Positions 43,755 to 52,724 of a stretch of DNA of 64,000 bases are shown here, one piece after another; the first letter of the stretch is position 1; the number at the start of each line of letters is the position of its first letter. The notes below the pieces were generated by a model. That model saw only the letters and a program-made list of their open reading frames with translations, was not told the origin of the DNA and ran no database searches. The stretch spans positions 858,856-922,855 of the forward strand of contig CAVOSV010000001.1 of NCBI GenBank assembly GCA_963698975.1. The letters are read 5' to 3'. A program made the translations under genes and the position numbers. Source of the DNA: an uncultured Gemmatimonadales bacterium. GTDB lineage: Bacteria; Gemmatimonadota; Gemmatimonadetes; Gemmatimonadales; GWC2-71-9.

Positions 43755-44861
43755 CCCTGGGCTCGCTCCCAGGCCCGCACGCGCTGGCGGGCCGCGTCGA
43801 ACAGCCGTTCGTAGTTTCCCTTGCGCACTTTCTCGCTAGCCTCGGGCGTGAGTAGAGCCCACAGCGGACGATACATCTCGAACACCGCGTAGTACTGGGT
43901 CGTGTCCCGCGGCGCCACCACGTCCGACCCGAACAGGAATCGGTCGGGATAGCGGTCGATCAGCGTGGCCGCGCGACGGGTGGTCTCGGGTGTCGCCAGG
44001 AGGTACTTGGCGACCTCGTCCCAGCTTATATCGAAGTACACGTGGCGCAAGGCCGGATCGGAAAGAATTCCCTCCACGATCGCGCCCTGATTGGGATTCC
44101 GTTCCGTGACCGGCGCCGAGGCGGAGGCCTGGATCGGACGCACCACCCGCCCCAATCCCATGTGCGCCCAAATAATAGTGGTCTTGGGGTGCCGCCGCAG
44201 CAGGGCCTTCATCTGAGTCAGGAACACCGGCTCGGCGCCCGCCTTGGCAAACGGCATGTCCATGTCGTTGTGGATCAGTACGACCAATCCCACCTCGCCG
44301 GCAAAATCGAGAATCTTGTCCAGTGCCGGATCGGTGAGGCTGGCGACGTCCCCCGCCACCTTGGACGACACGAACTCCTTGTGGATGGTGAACTCACCGA
44401 TCCCGGTGAACACGCCGGGGAAGGTTTTGAGCACCCGGCGGATATGGTCCGCGGCGTACATGTCGGCGGGGTTGAAGCCGGTGATCATGGGGTCGAGCCG
44501 GGCCTGCTCCTCCGGCTTGAGCGACTTGTACGCCATCGCGATGAAGGCGTCGGTGAAGGAGTAGTAGTAGAGCGGCGCGTCGCTCTGCAGGTAATACGTC
44601 GGGGCGTAGTTTCCCGAATTCTCGTACGACCAGGTCTGCTGCAAGGGAATGCCGAACAGCGTGGACCTGTGGGCCTTCTTCCCCATGATCCGGAGGAAAT
44701 CGCGGACGTCGGTGCCTTCCTGGATGTAGTTGGTCAGGTGGAAATGGACGTCATCGAAGTCGTCGCCGCCCTTGTCGGGAGCTCCCTGCGCCGCGAGCAG
44801 CCGGGGAGCCAGCGAGCAGGGCGACGAGACAGGCTCGCTGCCACATCGTTGGTCTGGTCAC
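43748..44861 (-). CDS. Exported amidohydrolase-superfamily protein (frameshift in signal peptide)
   Basis: DVHFH (HxH) upstream of the listed ORF, GIGEFTIHKE, LIHND, WAHMG, DISW, FLFGSD; GTGA overlap with the upstream gene. Confidence 0.85.
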
Positions 44862-46216
44862 AGGAGGATATCCGTGCCGATGGAGATGGTCGTGCCACTC
44901 TGGCCCGAGGTGTAGAACCCGAAGTTCGATGCTGCCGGGCTCTTCTCCACCTTTATGAGGTGCAGGTTCAGCCGCCAGCTGCGAGTGCGGCTGGGATAGA
45001 CGCTCGCGCCCCCGGAAACTTCCCAGGGCTGACGGTCGAAGTCGTCGAACACGTGGCCGTAGGTGAGGTACACCCCCACCAGGCGCGGCACCACCATGTG
45101 CATTCCCTGGACCTGAAATCCCTTATCTACGATGGACTCCAGCGCAAAGGGACCGGTCGTCGCCAGAAAGTCGGAGAGCTTGCGCACGTAGAACTCGCTC
45201 TGGAAGGAGAAGCCTCGATACTTGAAGCCGGCATCGAGGGCGAGCTCGTCGTAAGTCAGCTTATCCACCGTTACCCCGAGGGCGAGAGCGTCGGCATCGA
45301 ACGGATTGATTCCATCGGAGAGCTTGATCTGGGTGGCGTTGGGCGGCGCGGTCTCCGACGCGTAACGCGATTCACGGCTGTGAGCGGCCGATGCGCCGAA
45401 TTGCGTGGCCAGTTTGCTGTGGTACTCGAAGTCGCCCAGTCCGTTCCGGGCCCCAAACTCGCCCGTGCTCGGCCTCCAGACGACGCTGGCGCTGTACGCC
45501 ATGTCGCGGGTGTCGTTGGCGGCCGTGGTACCGAGCTGGCTGATGTTGGTGTTGACCGAGGCCGTGTACCAAAAGCGGTCCACCGGCTGCCCGGTGAGGA
45601 AAACGCCGGAGGAGAAACCGCCGCGAAAGAAGTCCTCGGCCATCTGCCGGTCGCTGGAGCCCCAGAAGGGCCAGGAGCCCTGCATCGAGCGCGCGGTGAG
45701 ATTGGGGGCGATCCCGACACCAATGCCGATGGCCTTGTTGAACCGGTAGTTCAGGTTCCCGAACAGCAGGGTCTGCTGCGTGGTGGGCAGCGACCAGAGC
45801 GAGATGTTGTAGCGGAATTTGGGGTCGTAGAAGAACCCGGTGAGCCAGACGAAGGTCCGGTGCCAGTTGAGGTCGTTGCGCGCCTTGACCGCGCGCTCCC
45901 GGCCCAGATGGTCCGTGAAGGTCTGACCTTCCGACATCTGATTCATGTAGCGGAACACCGCGTAGAAGCTGACGTTGAGGCTGGCGATCTTGGTCTTGGC
46001 GATGTCGAAGCCTTTGGCCGGGGTAAACTCACCGGCGATGTTGATTGGGAAAGGTTGACATCCTGATATGGCGGTCGTGTCGTTGGGCTCCCGTCCCGCC
46101 TCGTCCTGGGCCAGCGCCCCAGCGGGGAGGATCGCGATCGCAACCAGTCCAGCAATGAGTATCGCACCTGCGGTGCACAGCCAGGGGTGGCGTGCCGTGG
46201 TGGTCGCTGGGCGCAT
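44858..46216 (-). CDS. Outer-membrane beta-barrel/porin-like protein
   Basis: Signal ending ALA-Q, aromatic-rich amphipathic strands (GFKYRGFSFQSEFY), C-terminal ISIGTDILL. Confidence 0.65.
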   Translation of the reverse strand: MRPATTTARHPWLCTAGAILIAGLVAIAILPAGALAQDEAGREPNDTTAISGCQPFPINIAGEFTPAKGFDIAKTKIASLNVSFYAVFRYMNQMSEGQTFTDHLGRERAVKARNDLNWHRTFVWLTGFFYDPKFRYNISLWSLPTTQQTLLFGNLNYRFNKAIGIGVGIAPNLTARSMQGSWPFWGSSDRQMAEDFFRGGFSSGVFLTGQPVDRFWYTASVNTNISQLGTTAANDTRDMAYSASVVWRPSTGEFGARNGLGDFEYHSKLATQFGASAAHSRESRYASETAPPNATQIKLSDGINPFDADALALGVTVDKLTYDELALDAGFKYRGFSFQSEFYVRKLSDFLATTGPFALESIVDKGFQVQGMHMVVPRLVGVYLTYGHVFDDFDRQPWEVSGGASVYPSRTRSWRLNLHLIKVEKSPAASNFGFYTSGQSGTTISIGTDILL

Positions 46217-46280
46217 TGTTCGTCTCCGCTCAGGGTTAGAACTTCGGTTGATACGCGCGCTGTGGGTGATGCGAGTTGGC

Positions 46281-47552
46281 TCAAAACTCCAGCTGCAGGC
46301 GGCTCTGGAAAAACTGGGTGTTGCCCTTGAGGGCAAACCGATCGAGCCTGCCGTAGCCGTAGATGAGCTCGAGCCGAAGGAAGTCCGCGAGGAGCCAGTT
46401 GACCATGGGAGTCAGCCGCCAGAAGGTTCCGCCCTGCAGAGTCCCGCCATTGAAGTCGCTGTAGGAGAACCGCAGCAGGACTTCCACCGCCCCCGGCCCG
46501 CCCTCGAACACCGTCCTCTTCGGCGACACCTGCCTGAAGTAGCCACCCACCGTGTTGTAGGAGCGGGTCTCGCCGGTGATCAGCCAGTTGGCGAAGATGT
46601 CGCCGCCGTGAAAAACCGGGTTGCCGGTTTCCGGTGAGCTGGCCCTCTCCCAGTAGTACTCGGTGCCGAACAGCCAGGGACCCGGCCGGTAGTAGGCCTC
46701 GAAACCCAGCAGATCGGCCGACGTCGCGTGGAACTTCCCGGTATCGATGAAGCTGGGGGCGTCGCTGGCTTCCGGCTTGGCCTTGAGCTGGAGGGTGTCG
46801 TCTTCCGGCTTGCCGATGTGGAACGACGCCCCGAGGTGAATCAGCTTACCTGCGCTGTCGGAAGCCATCGGCACCCAGGCAATCCGGCCGGCCACCGCCT
46901 GATGGAAGTAGGAGAAGCCCTCGTCCTTGGACAGCCAGTCGGTGAACACGCCGAGGTTCCAGATCAGATGTCGGCTGGGCACGTACCCCAGCCACTTGAT
47001 GCCGTCGGCCAGAAGGGGGATTGCGTCGGAGAAGGTGAACCGCTCGGCGGTCCAGCCGTCGTATCCGGTCATCACCTTGTTGAGACTGGGCCCCTCCTTG
47101 CTGCGGCCGATCCAGATGTTTCCCCAGAGCTCCGGCACTCCCAGCATCAATCCGGTCTGGCGGACGAACCACTCGTCCACGTAGCCGTCGTACATGAACC
47201 CGGCCTGGTAGGTCAGCCGGCGCTTGGTCTTGATCCGTCCACCGATAAGGATGCGGGAGTCCCGGATCTTGAACCCGGGCTCGAGGTCCCTCTGCTCCTT
47301 GCTCGCCTGGTCCTGGTCGTAGGTGGCGTAGTCCACCAGGAAGCCGGCGCCCACCCGCAGCGTGAACAAGGGTCCGTCGTACTCGTTCCACTTGACCAGG
47401 CTACGGCGGGGTGGCTCGGCCTCGGACTCTCCGGCCGAAATGCCCGCAGCCTCGGTTGTGTCCTGGGCGGTCGAGTCGGCCTGCTGAGCGCAGACCGACC
47501 CGGCCCTGGTCATGGCAAAGGCCAGTAGACCCCAGGCAAAAGCAGAGCGCAT
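46281..47552 (-). CDS. OprO/OprP family anion-selective porin
   Basis: Signal peptide, FKIRDSRILIGG, ANWLITGETRSY, GAVEVLLRFSYSD, C-terminal RLQLEF. Confidence 0.85.
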   Translation of the reverse strand: MRSAFAWGLLAFAMTRAGSVCAQQADSTAQDTTEAAGISAGESEAEPPRRSLVKWNEYDGPLFTLRVGAGFLVDYATYDQDQASKEQRDLEPGFKIRDSRILIGGRIKTKRRLTYQAGFMYDGYVDEWFVRQTGLMLGVPELWGNIWIGRSKEGPSLNKVMTGYDGWTAERFTFSDAIPLLADGIKWLGYVPSRHLIWNLGVFTDWLSKDEGFSYFHQAVAGRIAWVPMASDSAGKLIHLGASFHIGKPEDDTLQLKAKPEASDAPSFIDTGKFHATSADLLGFEAYYRPGPWLFGTEYYWERASSPETGNPVFHGGDIFANWLITGETRSYNTVGGYFRQVSPKRTVFEGGPGAVEVLLRFSYSDFNGGTLQGGTFWRLTPMVNWLLADFLRLELIYGYGRLDRFALKGNTQFFQSRLQLEF

Positions 47553-47567
47553 CGAGGCCGGTTTTCG

Positions 47568-48659
47568 TCAGTACTCGTCGAAGTACCGCTGAATCGTCTT
47601 CGGGTCCTTGGTCTTCAGCAGCGCCAGCCGGAGGAGCACCCGCGCCTTCTGCGGGTTCAGCCCCAGCGAGGCGACAGTGCCCAGGCTGTCGTCGTTTACC
47701 TCCACATTCCGCCCGACCTGGCCGGTGGCCACCCGGGTCGAGCGCACACAGACGATCCCCTTCTTGGCCTGGGCGGCCAGGGCATCGACCGCGCTCTTGG
47801 TCATGTTGCCGTTTCCCACACCCGCGATGACAATGCCCTTGGCGCCTGAGTTGGCCGCCGCCTCGATGATCTTCCCGTCCATGTTCTCGTAGGCCATGAT
47901 GATGTCCACCCGGGGCAGGACCGTGTTCTTGTCCACGCTGAACTCCGAGGTCACCGTGTTCTTCCCGACCGGGCCCCGATACCACTCCGGCTCGCCGTAG
48001 GCGATGGTGCCGATCAGCCCCGACTGGGGAGAGAGGAAGGTCTGCACTGCGGTGGTGCTGGTCTTGGTGAGCGAGGCCGCGCCATGAATCCAGTCGTTGA
48101 CCACCACCAGGACACCGCGTCCAGCCGCGTCCTTGTTGGCCGCGACGGCCACGGCGTTGTAGAAGTTGAGCGGGCCGTCGGCCGAGAGCGCGGTGGATGG
48201 CCGCATCGATGCAGTCAGCACCACCGGCTTCTTCGACTTGATCACGAGGTTGAGGAAATACGCGGTCTCCTCGATGGTGTCGGTGCCGTGGGTGATGGCC
48301 ACGCCGGCGATGTCAGGCTGGGCCAACAGCTCATTGATGCGGGTGGCCAGCTTGATCCAGACCTGATCGTTCATGTCCTGGGAGCCAATGTTGGAGATCT
48401 GCTCCCCTTTCATGTTGGCCAGCTTCTTGGCCTGCGGTACAGCGTTGAGCAGCTGGTCGACCCCCACCTGACCGCTGGAGTAGGCGGCCTGCACGTCGCT
48501 CTCGGCCGCACCTGCGATGGTGCCGCCGGTGGCCAGCACCTCGACGGTCGGCAGATTGGTATTGTCCTTTGCGGGCGCCGCCTGGGCAGCCAGCGATGCC
48601 GTGCCACCCACCCCAGTGAGCAGAGCAAGGACCAATGGAACTGCATTTCGCCGGTACAT
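47568..48659 (-). CDS. ansB: Type II (periplasmic) L-asparaginase
   Basis: Signal peptide; ATGGTIAG, HGTDTIEETAYFL, SMRPSTALSADGPLN, GVGNGN, LNPQKARVLL. Confidence 0.93.
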   Translation of the reverse strand: MYRRNAVPLVLALLTGVGGTASLAAQAAPAKDNTNLPTVEVLATGGTIAGAAESDVQAAYSSGQVGVDQLLNAVPQAKKLANMKGEQISNIGSQDMNDQVWIKLATRINELLAQPDIAGVAITHGTDTIEETAYFLNLVIKSKKPVVLTASMRPSTALSADGPLNFYNAVAVAANKDAAGRGVLVVVNDWIHGAASLTKTSTTAVQTFLSPQSGLIGTIAYGEPEWYRGPVGKNTVTSEFSVDKNTVLPRVDIIMAYENMDGKIIEAAANSGAKGIVIAGVGNGNMTKSAVDALAAQAKKGIVCVRSTRVATGQVGRNVEVNDDSLGTVASLGLNPQKARVLLRLALLKTKDPKTIQRYFDEY

Positions 48660-48707
48660 TGAAGCCTCCTATCGCGTGAACAGAAACGACTTTTCTCGAT
48701 AACCGCT

Positions 48708-50278
48708 CTACTTCTTGTGGTACTGGCTCCGGTCGAGGTTGGTCAGCTTGACCGGATCCATGATGTCGGCGAGCTGCTTATCGGTCAGAAGCTTCTGCTC
48801 CCGGACGATCTCGAGGATGCCCTTCCCGCTCTTGTAGGCCTCCGCCGCCAGCTCGGTGGTCTTCTCGTAACCCAGCACCGGATTGAGCGCCGTCACGATC
48901 CCCACCGTGGTTTCCATGTAGCGGTCCAGCACCTTCTGATTGACGGTGATTCCATCCACGCATTTGGTGCGGAAGGCAATCGAGGTGTTGTAGAGCAGGT
49001 GCTGCGACTCGATCATGGCCACACCCTCGACCGGCTCGTACGCGTTGAGCTGAAGCTGGCCGTCGTGCGCCGCGAGGGTGACCGTGTAGTCGTTCCCCAT
49101 CACCCGGAACGCCACGAGGTTGACCAGCTCGGGAATGACCGGATTCACCTTGCCCGGCATGATCGAGGAGCCCGGCTGCAGCGCCGGCAGATTGATCTCG
49201 GCCAGGCCCGCCCGCGGCCCCGAGGTGAGCAGGATCAGGTCGCTGGCGATCTTGGACAGCTTGACCGCGACGCTCTTCATCGCCGAGGAGTACACCACGA
49301 AGCCCTGCTGGTCCCAGGTGGCCGACAGCATGTCCGGGCGCGGCCTTGATCGGCTTGCCGGTCAGCTTGGCCAGATGGGCGGCGGTGCGCTCGGCATAGC
49401 CCTTGGGCGCGTTGAGTCCGGTCCCGATGGCCGTGGCGCCCATGTTGACGGTGTAGAGATACTTCTCCGCGTCCTGCAGCAGCTGGATCTCTCCGTCCAG
49501 CGAAGACGCAAAGGCGTGAAACTCCTGCCCGACCGTCATGGGCACCGCGTCCTGCAGCTCGGTGCGCCCCATCTTCACGATGTTCATGTACTCGATCGCC
49601 CTTGGCCCGGAATGAGGCGGCGAGCTTCTGCAGCTCGGCGATGAGTTTCCCGTTCCGCAGAATCAAGGCGATCTTGATGGCGGTTGGGTACGAGTCGTTG
49701 GTGGACTGAGACTGGTTCAGATCGTCGTGCGGCTCGAGAACCTCGTAGTCGCCCTTCTTGTGCCCGGTCAGCTCCAGGCCGACGTTGGCCATCACTTCGT
49801 TGGCGTTCATGTTGGTCGAAGTGCCGGCGCCTCCCTGATACCAGTCCACCGTGAACTGGTCGTGGTACTTACCCTGCAGCAGCGCATTGGCCGCCTTCTC
49901 GATGGCCGCCAGCTTGTCCTTCTTCATGGCGCCCACGTCGGTGTTACCCTGCGCCGCGGCCAGCTTCACGATGGCCCAGGCCTCGATGAAGCCGGGATAG
50001 TGGTTGATCGGCACTCCCGAGATCTGGAAGTTCTCCAGCGCCCGGGCGGTTTGAACACCGTAGTACGCGTCGGCCGGGATTTCCTTCGATCCCAGGAGAT
50101 CCTTCTCCGTGCGGGTGGCTCCGCCCTGACTGGCCTGACTGGCTGTGGGCGCCTGGGGGCCCTGTTCGGCGTCTGTCGATTGCGCAGCTGCAGGCGGGGT
50201 TTCCTGAGGTTTGCACGCCCAGGTGAGTCCCAAAGCCATGATCGGAGCCAGCAGCGCGCCCCGTGGTGTTCTTGTCAC
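48708..50278 (-). CDS. aspA: Aspartate ammonia-lyase with N-terminal lipoprotein-like signal (two frameshifts)
   Basis: [61 protein letters not shown]; GTG start with AGGAG RBS. Confidence 0.9.
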
Positions 50279-50304
50279 AGCGACACTCCTTCCTGCTTCA
50301 GCGG

Positions 50305-51339
50305 CTAGCTCTTGGGCTCGACCGCATAAGGATTGGCGTGCAGGCGGTTCACGATCTCGATGATCGCTTTCTGCGCCCGTACGCTGTTGCCGGCATCGTC
50401 GAGTGGGGGTGAAATGACGGCGATGCCGAACTTGCCCGGCGCGACGGCGATGATGCCGCCCCCCACTCCGCTCTTGCCCGGCAGTCCCGTGTGGTAGAGC
50501 CACTTGCCCGTGTCGTCGTACAGCCCGGCCGTGGCCATGACCGCCAGGACGTAGGGCACGTTCTTCGAGCTCATCACGGTCTTGCCGCTCACCGGGTTCT
50601 TGCCCCCGTCGGCCAGGGTGGCGGCCATGGTGGCCAGGTCCTTGGCGTTGACGTTGATGGAGCACTGTTCGGTGTAGACGTCGGTGGCCTGATCCGGCTT
50701 TTCCTTGATGTAGCCGTAGGCGTACATCAGCGCGCCGATGGCCTGGTTGCGCTGGTTGGTGGCCGCTTCGGATTTGAAGACCTCCTCGTTCACGGCCAGC
50801 GGCCGCCCGGCGAATGCCGAGTGCCAGTCGAGGATGCTCTTCCACACCTCGTCCCGGGTACCGCCCTTGACCATGGAGGTGGTGGCGATGGCGCCCGGAT
50901 TGACCAGGGAGTTCATCTCCGGCCCGCCCAGGGCCTTCTGGGAGAACTCCACCGAGACGATCGAGTTGAAGCGCATGCCGGTGGCGTCGACGCCGACCGT
51001 CTTCTCGATCTTCTCCGGCCCATCCTCCTCGATCACCTTGGCCAGGGTGAAGACCTTGGAGATGGATTGGATCGAGACCTCGGTCTTGATGTCGCCCGCG
51101 GTGTAGACCTTCCCGTCGGTAGTCACCAGCGCGATGCCGAAGACCTTGGGATCCACTTTGGCCAGCGCCGGGATGTAGTCGGCGTTCTTTCCTTCCTGGA
51201 GATTCTTGAACTTGGTATAGGTCTCGTTGAGCACGGTGGCGATGTTCGCGGAGCCTTGAGCCTGGACCGGCGTAAGGGCGACGGTGGCTCCGATGGCCGG
51301 CAGGGCGAGCCTGAGGAGGGTGCGGGAAATCGTGATCAT
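50305..51339 (-). CDS. glsA: Glutaminase with signal peptide
   Basis: ADYIPALA, SIQSISK (SxxK), TGMRFNS, VNPGAI, GLYD, PGKSGVGGGI, SPPLDDAGNSVR; N-terminus ...LTPVQA-Q. Confidence 0.93.
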   Translation of the reverse strand: MITISRTLLRLALPAIGATVALTPVQAQGSANIATVLNETYTKFKNLQEGKNADYIPALAKVDPKVFGIALVTTDGKVYTAGDIKTEVSIQSISKVFTLAKVIEEDGPEKIEKTVGVDATGMRFNSIVSVEFSQKALGGPEMNSLVNPGAIATTSMVKGGTRDEVWKSILDWHSAFAGRPLAVNEEVFKSEAATNQRNQAIGALMYAYGYIKEKPDQATDVYTEQCSINVNAKDLATMAATLADGGKNPVSGKTVMSSKNVPYVLAVMATAGLYDDTGKWLYHTGLPGKSGVGGGIIAVAPGKFGIAVISPPLDDAGNSVRAQKAIIEIVNRLHANPYAVEPKS

Positions 51340-51349
51340 GTCGTTGCCC

Positions 51350-52537
51350 TTAGAATGTCTTGGAGAAGTTGTATTTGAAGGAGAACTGGACCTTGAAAAT
51401 GTCCGAGCTGAATCCGTCCTCGAAATTCGTGCGGTCGCCCCATTGGAGCTCGGCGACGGTCATTACGCCCGGCATGGGATAGTACGCCACGTTGCCGATG
51501 GCATAGTTACCGTGGCTGAAGGCGTCGGGAGACTGAAGCTCGCTGTTGTCGATGTCAATCATGGAATAGCCGACCGAGGAGCTGAACTTCGTATTCCACG
51601 TGTGGTCCAGAAACGCCACGACGCCGAAAACTGGAAGCGCGACGCCCTTGATCGGTGCCGTCGCGTTGCCCGGGTTGGTCTCGATGCCAACATCGGCCGG
51701 GGCGTCGTTCATGTAGTTCTGGATGCCTTCGCCGTAGAGAGCCGAGAGTCGGAAGACGTTCTGCTCCCCGACCTTGACGTTGGAGCTCGCGTTGAGTCCC
51801 CAGCCCACAGCATCGCCGCTCAGATCGAACCCGTCGGTGCCCTGGTCTTCCCACTTGATGTATCGGGCGATGCCGGCCAGCTCGACGTATCCCCACTTGG
51901 TCGCACGGCGATATTCAGCGGATAGATCGGGCAAAGGAAACCGTGGTTTCACGTCCGCGATCTCGATCCGGCCCGCCACGTCTCCCTGGTCGGCGCTGGC
52001 ACCCGGCCGCTCGAGCGCGATGGTCATGCGAGTGTCACCCTGGATCGGCATGTAGCGCACCTGGACGTTGCGGAAGAAGGCCATTCCGGTCGGCCCCCAG
52101 TATTCGACCGTGTTGGGAAACACGTCGATGTCCATGAACGGACTCCAGGTCTGGCCCGCGCCGAACTTGCCCAGCTCGCCATAGGCATGGCGAAGCCGGA
52201 GTGTGGTCTGTCCAGCATCCACCCCGGTCCCGAACAGCTCGAACTCGAATGTGGTCTTGAGGTCACCCAGGTCGGTTGGGGTGGTCGACCGCACCCCGAA
52301 CCGGGTCTGCCGCACGCTGAAAAAGGCTTGGCCGTCGGGGGCAAACTGGTTCTCAAAAGCGGGCAGCTTGGTCGGCCGGACCACGTCGAACCAGGCCGGG
52401 TCGATCTGGCCGAAGTTGTAACCGGCGTCCATCATTGCGAAACCGTACACTTCGAATTTGGATCCCGACGTATCCTGTGCCGCCAGACCCACAGGAAGGC
52501 CCCACAGCAACAGTGCGGCGAAGAGACGAGCTTTCAA
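51350..52537 (-). CDS. dcaP: DcaP family trimeric outer membrane channel
   Basis: FEVYGFAMMD, SVRQTRFG, LRLRHAYGELG...GQTWSPFMD, C-terminal QFSFKYNF. Confidence 0.85.
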   Translation of the reverse strand: MKARLFAALLLWGLPVGLAAQDTSGSKFEVYGFAMMDAGYNFGQIDPAWFDVVRPTKLPAFENQFAPDGQAFFSVRQTRFGVRSTTPTDLGDLKTTFEFELFGTGVDAGQTTLRLRHAYGELGKFGAGQTWSPFMDIDVFPNTVEYWGPTGMAFFRNVQVRYMPIQGDTRMTIALERPGASADQGDVAGRIEIADVKPRFPLPDLSAEYRRATKWGYVELAGIARYIKWEDQGTDGFDLSGDAVGWGLNASSNVKVGEQNVFRLSALYGEGIQNYMNDAPADVGIETNPGNATAPIKGVALPVFGVVAFLDHTWNTKFSSSVGYSMIDIDNSELQSPDAFSHGNYAIGNVAYYPMPGVMTVAELQWGDRTNFEDGFSSDIFKVQFSFKYNFSKTF

Positions 52538-52724
52538 GATTGTCCTCCCGAGGCTGACGTGAACACGCGAGTCTCCCGAGCAGATCTCGGAGCGAACCTG
52601 AGCTTTCCTGGATGGGCTATGATAAGGCGGGATGTTCGGGGGGAGGAACTAGACCTTCGTGCAGGAATTATCTGGAGTTAGGCCACCGAGCCCGACATTC
52701 AGGTTGAAGAGAAGAGATGGTTTG

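Noticed and set aside
44042-46066. 674-aa plus-strand ORF
   Set aside because: Antisense shadow of the amidohydrolase and porin genes
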